Shown here piece after piece: positions 55,721 to 64,000 of a stretch of DNA of 64,000 bases. Origin of the DNA: the human T2T-CHM13v2.0 reference genome, Homo sapiens; the NCBI RefSeq assembly GCF_009914755.1, contig NC_060926.1, one strand, 5' to 3'. A program made the translations under genes and the position numbers. Position 1 is the stretch's first letter. The number at the start of each line of letters is the position of its first letter. Below the pieces are notes generated by a model. It did not search any database and was not told the DNA's origin. It worked only from the letters and a program-made list of their open reading frames with translations.

Positions 55721-56078
55721 CGGATGCTTCTCAACTTATGATGTGGTTACGCCTGATAAACCCATCATAAATTGAACATATCGTAAGTTGAAAATGGGCA
55801 TTTTGTTGACATGATGGGATGCGGAACATAGAAGGCAATATTCAAAAAAACACTGGCAACAGAGTACATTGTAGTATGGGTTGTTTACCCCCGTGATCAC
55901 ATGGCTGACTGGGAGCTGCACTGCCCAGCATGGTGAAAGTATCATATCACATTTCTCTAGCCTAGGAAAGGATCAAAATTCAAAACTGCAAGTATTGTTT
56001 TCAGTGAATGTATACTGCTGTCACATATGATAAAGTCAAATAATTGTAAATTGAACCATCGTACGTCAGACACATCGG
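55721..56078 (+). mobile_element. MER47-like TcMar-Tigger MITE
   Basis: TIR-like ends cggatgcttctcaacttatgatg ... catcgtacgtcagacacatcgg, flanked by TA dinucleotides (55719-20 and 56079-80). Confidence 0.85.
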
Positions 56079-56882
56079 TATATAGTATACTACATTTTAT
56101 ATAAGAAAAAAGGGGGAAAGCAGATATTTGTATCTGTTTATTCTTACAAAAAAAATAAGAAGGAGAAGTTGTTTACCTCAGAGGATGGGTGAGAAGGAGG
56201 TAGCAGGGATAGGAAGCGGAGTGGAACTTTTATGAGTGTATCTTTTTAATAGCTTTGACTTTTAAACTATTCCCCTCTCCTAAATATCAAAAAAAGTAAA
56301 TTAATAAGAATGGAGAAACAACTAAAATGGAATGCCAACAGAAATCAGTTAAACCTAACTGTGTATCAAGTAGATAACATAAACACATAAGAAAAAAATT
56401 AATTCAAGAAACTTTTGAACATGGTTCTCTGTGTACTCTCAATAGGATACTTTCTAAGGACAAAAAGAACTTCAAAGAAATCTTGGGCTTTAGTTACTAC
56501 GTATTTTGAGAGTGGTATTGATGTAGCAATTCTGAAAACTCTTATTTGTATGTATAAGATTTAGCAAGTGAGTACATATACTGTTGGAGTCTCATTCAGG
56601 GAGAAGGGACATTCAAATATGAAACGGGAGAACAAATGAACATCGAGATGTTTGATGGGAATTACAGGTATCAGTATAAACTCATGAATTTTTACAAGTT
56701 GTATCTCCTAGCTCTGTCCCCCAAGAGTACCTAGAAGCAATGCCACTCCAGTAACCATGAGTACACCCAGCATCAAGATCTTGGTTTCTAAGTATCATTT
56801 CCCTCTAAAAGGAAATAGGGCTCCTTGGAGAAATCAATTATTCTAGGATGGGGGTGAAGAGAGTACTGTACAGACAAATCTA

Positions 56883-57240
56883 CTGTAATCTCAGCACTTT
56901 AGGAGGCTGAGGTGGGAAGACTGCTTTCAGTTAGGAGTTCAAGACAAGCCTGGGCAACATAATGAGACTCTATCTCTATAAAAAAATTTTTGAGAAGTTA
57001 GCTGGGCATTGTGGCACATGTCTGTAGCCCTAGCTACTCGGGAGGCTGAGGCAAGAGGATCACTTGAGCCCAGGAGTTTGAGGCTCCAGTGAGCCATGAT
57101 CCTGCCACTGCACTCCAGCCTGGGTGACAGTGAGACAAAATAAAAGAAAAAAGAAAGAAAAAGGAAGGAAGGAAGGAAAACAGAAAAGGAAGAAAAGGAA
57201 AGGAGAAAGGAAAAGAAAAAAAAAAGAGAAAGAGAAAAGA
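56883..57240 (+). mobile_element. AluJ with an expanded GA-rich tail
   Basis: AluJ right arm 'gaggatcacttgagcccaggagtttgagg'; purine tract at about 57137-57240. Confidence 0.9.
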
Positions 57241-58281
57241 TGAACCTAGAATATCCTGTTGTGTCAGAGAGTACTGAAGCTCTCAAAGACTAGCGGGGCA
57301 TGTCAAATAGAGAAACTGCTTTAAGGTTGGGTCAAAAGTGGCTCCATTTGCATATCAAAATAAATAATGACAAGAGTACATTTTTACCCACTGAATAAAA
57401 AAAACCACAAAGACTGTATTAACAGTATCTAAATACTGATAGTTTTAAGAAAACATTAAAGAAAGAGGCAGAAGGGAAACTCGAGAGGATGCCAACTAAT
57501 TAACATAGAAGGAATAGTATCTATGATATCCATAGGAAAATTTGAGACTATGCAAATATTCTGTTCTCAATTAGTTTTTTACCCAATAGTTTTAACATCT
57601 GTTGGTCATTCTTGTCTGCTTCCAGTTTTAGACTAATGTGAAAAATGCTACTATAAACATTCACATACAGATCTTTGTGTAAACAAACATATTCATTTAT
57701 CTTGGATAAATACCTAAAATAGTGTTATGTGGTCATATAGTAAGTGCATCTTCAGCTTTATAAGAAACTGCAATACAGTTTACACACCACCTGCTGCAAC
57801 CCAGGATCCATTCTCAGATCACACATTGCATTTATTATAGTTGTTACCTGTTTTAATTTAGCTTCCTAGGTCTATATCCAAGAGGAATGAGGGCATATAT
57901 CCACTAAAAGACTTGTACAAGTATGTTCAAAACAGCACTATTTGTTGTAAACCCAAAACTAGAAAAACCCAAATGTTCACCAACAGTAGTATGAATAAAG
58001 AAATTCTGATAATTTATGACAATGGAATATTATACAGCAAACAGAAAAGAACAAACGAATGTTACAGATAACAATATGAACAAATCTCACAATGTGGAGT
58101 AAAAGAAGCCAGACACAAAAGAGCACATGTTGATGATTACATTTATATCAAGTTCAATAACAAGCAAAACTAAAATATAAAAGTCAGAAAAGTGATTTTC
58201 TGTCGGGGTGGTGATTGGGAAGGACACATGTGAGGTTTCTGAGATGCTAATGATGCTCTGAATCTTTATCTAAGTGAGCTG

Positions 58282-58316
58282 GCCGAAGTAGCTCAGTTGG
58301 GAGGGTGTTATACTGA
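58282..58316 (+). pseudogene. 5'-half tRNA-Phe(GAA) retropseudogene (tailless)
   Basis: GCCGAAGTAGCTCAGTTGGGAGGGTGTTATACTGA matches human tRNA-Phe nt 1-35 (GCCGAAATAGCTCAGTTGGGAGAGCGTTAGACTGA) at 31/35; flanked by a 17/20 direct repeat. Confidence 0.85.
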
Positions 58317-58352
58317 TTCCTTACCTAAGTGATGTTTACTGGATATGCTTGC

Positions 58353-58666
58353 TTTTCTTTTTTTTTTTTCTTTTTTTTTTTTTTTGAGACCGAGTCTCGC
58401 TCTGTTGCCCAGCCTGGAGTGCACTGGCGCGATCTCGGCTCACTGAAAGCTCCGCCTCCCGGGTTCATGTCATTCTCCTGCCTCAGCCTTCCGAGTAGCT
58501 GGGACTACAGGTGCCCGCCACCACTCTCAGCTAATTTTTTGTATTTTTAGTAGAGACGGGGTTTCACTGTGTTGGCCAGGATGGTCTCGATCTTCTGACC
58601 TCATGATCTGCCTGCCTTGGCCTCCCAAAGTGCTGGGATTACAGGCGTGAGCCACCGCGCCCAGCC
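58353..58666 (-). mobile_element. AluY
   Basis: AluY-type 'aagctccgcctcccgggttca..cattctcc' and short left arm 'gacctcatgatc'; TSD ctggatatgcttgctttt. Confidence 0.93.
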
Positions 58667-59177
58667 CTGGATATGCTTGCTTTTTGAAAATTTACCAAGC
58701 TGTACATTTATGATGAATGCACCTTTCTGTATGTTTTATTCCAATAAAAATAAGGAGTAAACATAATCCTGATTCTAAAACTGAACAAAAAGAATGCTGA
58801 AAATTCTTTCTGAATTAATTTTAAACTTTGATTTTTCAGAAGGCATGCTTCTACTCCTACTTCCCAAGTTCTTTGAGAAAACTTCCCTATGACTAGCAGG
58901 TGCTAATGACAACAGTGGGGACAGAAAACGTGCAGGGAAGAAGGCAATTTTCAACTCAACGCTGGATTTAAGTCATCAGGCTTTTTATGAAAAGAGGTTT
59001 GCCAATCAGCATCAAGAGATGTGGTAAGAAATACATATCATTTTATTTGGTAATTTCCCTCCAGGAATTGACTTATCCTAAATCAACAATTCAGTCAAAT
59101 ACCCGTGAGCAATAACATAAAGTTAGACATTTAAAATAATTTTTTAGAAAAGGAAATCCTTTGAAGGTAACACTTAC

Positions 59178-59203
59178 AATTGGCGTCCCAAAAGGAATAT
59201 AAC
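59178..59203 (-). CDS. SFXN5: SFXN5 coding micro-exon (probably exon 6), 26 nt, (G)YIPFGTPI
   Basis: Branch-like cctgac, acceptor ttttcttctcgttcacag, donor ATT|gtaagt; needed to restore frame between the 55-nt and 54-nt exons. Confidence 0.95.
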
Positions 59204-60167
59204 CTGTGAACGAGAAGAAAAGAGTCAGGCCTTATAATCCACTCACATCTCACCTGAGATACCCAGGAGCCTCCGGGTTAGGTCTTAGGCTATCAGTGGC
59301 CCTGATGAAGGGGCTCAGGTCAGTTAGGCGGGAGGCATCTCCTATCTCATAGACCCTTTCCCAGTTCAGCCCTCACCGGGGCTGTGTCCCCAGCCTCCTC
59401 TTCTCTGCTCCCCTTTGGCCAGGCAGCTTTCACTCTCCCCTGGAACCCAGAGGCCTGTTCCTGCAGGCAGGGCTGCCTGCGACCTGGGGCACCACCACTC
59501 CACACTTGGTGATCCTCCTACGATTTCCTGCGAGGCACGACACACCCTGCCCACGCTCACTACATGAGGCTGAACATCCTCCAAGGACCCCAGAATGTCT
59601 TCCTTCTTGCCTCAGCTTGTCTTTCTAACACAGGCCCTTACTTCCCCGGCATCATGGCCATTTCTGGAAAGAAAATTCCCTCCCAAACTGAGCCATGCAC
59701 CTCTAAGTGCCAGAGCTTCTTAAATCCGTGGCATCCCCAGTGGCGCAGTAGGGAGCTGGGGTGAAGCGCAGCCAGGCTGTGAGTACAGCCTCCTCGCTGC
59801 TCTCAGCCCCCAGGCGAGGCTCTCTCCACAGCCCCAACTGCTGTCAGTGGACAGCCTCCTGTCCCCAACCTCTAACCGTGGCAGCCAGTGAGCAGTGGCT
59901 GGACAGCGGGATCGGGCTTATCTGACTTGCATCTAAAGTAAAGCTTTGCTCCTGAGTGCACATAATCACACACACACGTGAGCCATGGTTCTCATACCCA
60001 CTTCTCTCTGGGGAGAGAACCAGAGTTTGATCAGGGCCTCAGAGGAATGCATGACTCAAAAAGGTCAAGAATTACAAGAGAAGCCAGGCTCAGGGTGAGA
60101 GCCTGCTGTGCCGGGTGCAGGGACTGGGAAGCATCTACAACCACAACTGTAAGATGCTCAGAGCCCT

Positions 60168-60481
<314 letters not shown>

Positions 60482-61460
60482 TCACAGGGCACTCACTGCC
60501 CCAGTTTACACAATGACATCACATGTCCATCAACTTCCTGGTTGTTTATTTTCTTGCCCTCAGTGAGGCCAGGCTCTCTGGGGGTGGCGACCCTGAGGGA
60601 CCCATTTGACTGAGACCGCCTTTCTCCAGCCACCCGAGGCCTTCCCAAGGCAGCAGCAGCAGTGCCCTCCCATTCCACCCTCATAATTCAAGGTGGCTGT
60701 GCCCCATTGCACTGAGAAATGGCAAGAAGGAGGCGTCAGCACACCCATGAGTGTGACTCTGCAGAGTCTCTCACAACTGCTGGGGGGATAAGCATGCCAG
60801 CCTAGCTCGTGTACATGCCAGTGCTTTCTAAGCCCTAAAGCCCACATAGGCACAGCTGCCCCTTCAGTGACCAGTGGGATTTCCTGGGGCAGGGATCTTG
60901 TATCACCCTCTGCCTCCTGGTCTCCACAGAACAGGAATCCCACCTTCTGTATGTGCACAGCAGTGCAACAACAGTGCATCCATTCTGAAGGGAGGGCTAA
61001 TGGCAGGATCAGAGAACAGAGAATTAGGCTGGAGACTGACTGCCTAAAAGGGGCAGGGCAGGGAGCAGGACTTGGAAGGAAACAGCAGGTCACACACCGG
61101 TGAGAGGGGGAATGACTTGCAGAAGCCAGGGCTTGCTTACAGCAGGCATCACTGAGGCTGTCCTAGTGTGCGCTGAGTGATGTGGAGTGGGTGGTGGTGG
61201 GGGCTACCAGATTCACCTGTGGAAGCCCTGGTTCCACCCCAACTGCTCAGGCAGAAAAGGCAGGTAAGCTCCATAGAGTATTCTGAGGCCTGGCCAGCGC
61301 CTTGTACAGTTGAGCTGAGGTGAATGTAGAGGTGCAAATATGGCCATGATTGTAACAGGCTCTGTCCCCTCCTTAGGCCAGCACATCTGGATGCTCCTGG
61401 AACTGTGACTGGAGTAAGCACCCCAGGCTGACCAGAACCAGAAGGGCCCCAGGAGCTTAC

Positions 61461-61515
61461 CTGACATTCTAAATGGCATGAAGATCTTCTCATTGGTGTC
61501 CGGATGTAGAATAGC
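61461..61515 (-). CDS. SFXN5: SFXN5 coding exon (probably exon 5), 55 nt, AILHPDTNEKIFMPFRMS
   Basis: Acceptor cctgcttttgccag, donor CAG|gtaagc; HPDT...RMS motif. Confidence 0.97.
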
Positions 61516-62126
61516 CTGGCAAAAGCAGGAACAGAGAATGGGGTGGGGACGGGGGTGTAGGGAGGGGGAAGGGGGAAGGGGGAGGGAGGAGGGAGAAAAG
61601 CAGAGGCATTAGGGGAGGAAGAAGGGAAGAAGACAACTTCTCTGGGAAGATTCAGATACCAGTGGCTGTATGTTGCCTTGTGGCCAGTTAGGCCTTTCCA
61701 CCACTCAAGGCAAAAGAATACCAAACCATGGGCCATAAACAGATAGCACCACTCCTCCTGACTTACCCTAAAAGCTGAATGCAGTGGAGAGCAAAAGTCC
61801 ATGGGGAACGGGATCGTGTCTACCTTGCAGGCCCTCTACCCCCATTCCTGGCACATGGTAGGTACATAATAAGGATTTTGTGGACAGAGCCCTGTCTCTT
61901 CTGGGAGCTCAGAGAACCCAGGGAAAGGCCAGCCTGGCCTGAGCTCCAGACTTCAGAGACTCTGGCCCTTGAGTGTCGGGGCAGAAGGAAGGGGTGAGGG
62001 GGCCAAGGGCAAATGTGAGAGCCCGAAGAGCCACCGGAGGGGGGCTTCCACTAGATCCCTGGGACAGGGCAGGGTGGAGTCCAGGACAACACGGAGAAGG
62101 AAATAGAGAATCCAAAACTGGATTAC

Positions 62127-62153
62127 CTGCTTGATTTTCTGTGCACTCCAGAG
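62127..62153 (-). CDS. SFXN5: SFXN5 coding micro-exon (probably exon 4), 27 nt, LWSAQKIKQ
   Basis: Long pyrimidine tract ending tctctcttccag, donor CAG|gtaatc; LW.A motif precedes HPDT. Confidence 0.95.
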
Positions 62154-62569
62154 CTGGAAGAGAGATAAAGGAAAAGAAAATAAAGAACAAAAATTAAAAG
62201 CATATATCGGTTTAAGGCTTCCAACCCATGTTTTCTAACCAAGGGATCCAGCTCCGAAAGCCCGAAAGAAGCTCGGGCTATCCTTGCCAGCCCAGGCTGG
62301 GCAGCTGTCCTATCCTGGGGGGGGTGACATCAGAGAGTAAGGGCCAGAGAGGTCCCAGAATGGCAGAGCTAGGGGACCTTGCGCATCAATTAAGCCAGGA
62401 ATTCTCAACTATGTCTGCACTTTAGAATTCCTTGGAGAATTTTTTCAGCATTTTCCTAAAGCTCCCTAGTTGACTCTAAGTCATAAGCAGGTAGAAACCT
62501 CTAATTTAAATGAAGATACTTCAATTGTCTCCCAGAATCACTAGTGACAGCATAATATAATTTTTTCAG

Positions 62570-62740
62570 AGATAGCCTGGATTCCCTGCTGTGCCACTTC
62601 TACCTCTGAGCCTCAGTTTCCTCATCTGTGGAATGGGCATGATAGCCATGCCTCTGACACAGAGTCGTTTAAGGGGTGAATGGGAAGCTCTCAGAGCAAT
62701 GTCAGCACAATAGCATGTGCTTATAAGTGCTTACTGTTGC
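62570..62740 (+). mobile_element. MIR SINE
   Basis: 'ctctgagcctcagtttcctcatctgtggaatggg' is the MIR core. Confidence 0.8.
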
Positions 62741-63023
62741 TGACATTATGCCTGTTGTTATCATAAGAAGGCTGTAGGGAGAAAAAGTTCCTTTCAAATG
62801 CTGATGAGGCTGTCTCTTTCCAGCACAGAGACAGGCTGGAGAAACGGAGTAACTTGTCAATCCCTTCAAATGACCTAAATACTGTATTGCATTGAATCTA
62901 AGACACCACTGATCCTAAGATATACTATCATGTGCCGCATACGAAAGAAAACTATGACTGTAATACCAAGACCCCCATCAATTAAAAGACTCATTTCATT
63001 TTACAGATGTGATAAAGTAGGCC

Positions 63024-63260
63024 TTTTTTTTTTTTCACTGCAACCTCTGTCTCCCGGGTTCAAGCGATTCTCCCGCCTCAGCCTCCTGAGTAGCTGGGAT
63101 TACAGGCGCGCACCACCATGCCCAGCTAATTTTTGTATTTTTAGTAGAGACGGGGTTTCACCATGTTGGTAAGGCTGGTCTTGAACTCCTGACCTCGTGA
63201 TCTGCCCACCTCGGCCTCCCAAGGTGCTGAGATTACAGGTGTGAGCCACCATGCCCAGCC
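63024..63260 (-). mobile_element. Alu with a shortened right arm
   Basis: Alu in reverse complement with the T tail joined at tcactgcaacc; TSD aggcctttt. Confidence 0.9.
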
Positions 63261-63313
63261 CAGGCCTTTTCAAATCAAGGAAACATGGCAAATAAAAATT
63301 TACACTGTCGGGG

Positions 63314-63609
63314 GGCCAGGCACAGTGGCTCACACCTGTAGTCCCAACACTTTAGGAGGCCAAAGCAGGAGGATTGCTGAGCCCAGGATCAGTCCACCCT
63401 GGGCAACAAAGGGAGACCCCATCTCTACAAAAAATCTTAAAAATTAGCAGGGCGTGGTGGAATGTGCCTGCAGACCCAGCTATTCAGTGGGCTGAGGTGG
63501 GAGGAACACTTGTGCCCAGGAGGTAGAGGCTGCAGTGAACCATGATTGTGCCACAGCACGCCAGCTTGGATGACAGCGTGAGAACCTGTCTCCAAAAAAG
63601 AAAAAAAAA
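63314..63609 (+). mobile_element. AluJ
   Basis: Diverged full dimer with an A tail. Confidence 0.9.
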
Positions 63610-64000
63610 GGACACCATGGGCAAACCAAAGGCCAGTATATTTTTTTAATGGAGAAAGAAGGCTATGCGGCTAGAAGGAAGATACAGCCAGCAGCTGATG
63701 TTAAAGTTTTATAATAGAATGGTTGTTATGCTTCATGTATATGGCAATGTTGGTCATCTGGAACATAAATTAAGCTGCAGAAGTTAAGAAGGCTACTGGG
63801 TAGTAAAAATAGAAGTTATAAAATTGATACATTAAAGTTTATGCATTTTTCTCACAGCTGAGTCCCTCAAACCTTACTTCACAGCCTAATTAACTCTTAT
63901 TTTAGACACATTTCCAACACACTTGATTGTCTGCTATTCCAGACCCAGGCAGATTAGAAGCAGTCGATGTTTAAAAAATAATAATTGGGGAACAGAGGGG

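Noticed and set aside
58282-58316. Functional tRNA-Phe gene
   Set aside because: Only the 5' 35 nt are present; there is no B box, T arm or acceptor 3' strand.
61149-61802. 217-aa minus-strand ORF
   Set aside because: Crosses the 55-nt exon in the wrong frame, and its poly-Pro stretch comes from the C-rich tract.

Overview
This is primate (human-like) genomic DNA lying entirely inside the minus-strand gene SFXN5 (sideroflexin 5, a mitochondrial inner-membrane carrier; human 2p13, next to EMX1). Ten coding exons are recoverable with canonical GT-AG boundaries (27, 55, 26, 54, 57, 66, 91, 116, 86 and 118 nt; 696 nt, 232 codons, open frame). They are probably exons 4-13 of 14. The rest is intron, carrying about 20 Alus, a solo LTR1, LTR47, three MLT1 LTRs, L1/L2/L3/MIR fragments, DNA-transposon fossils (Charlie4a, MER47, MER20, MER5, Kanga/Tc2) and microsatellites. 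There is no prokaryotic or CRISPR-type system, and none of the long ORFs in the track is a credible extra gene. The most interesting unexplained signals are: (i) a tailless 5'-half tRNA-Phe retrocopy with a target-site duplication and microhomology; (ii) several (UG)n tracts in the pre-mRNA sitting on cryptic 3' splice sites that would create poison exons (TDP-43-type architecture); (iii) AT-rich homeodomain-motif islands that look like long-range enhancers, possibly for EMX1; (iv) two strong, divergently oriented CTCF motifs. Repeat family names come from recalled consensus sequences, and the boundaries of old repeats are approximate.
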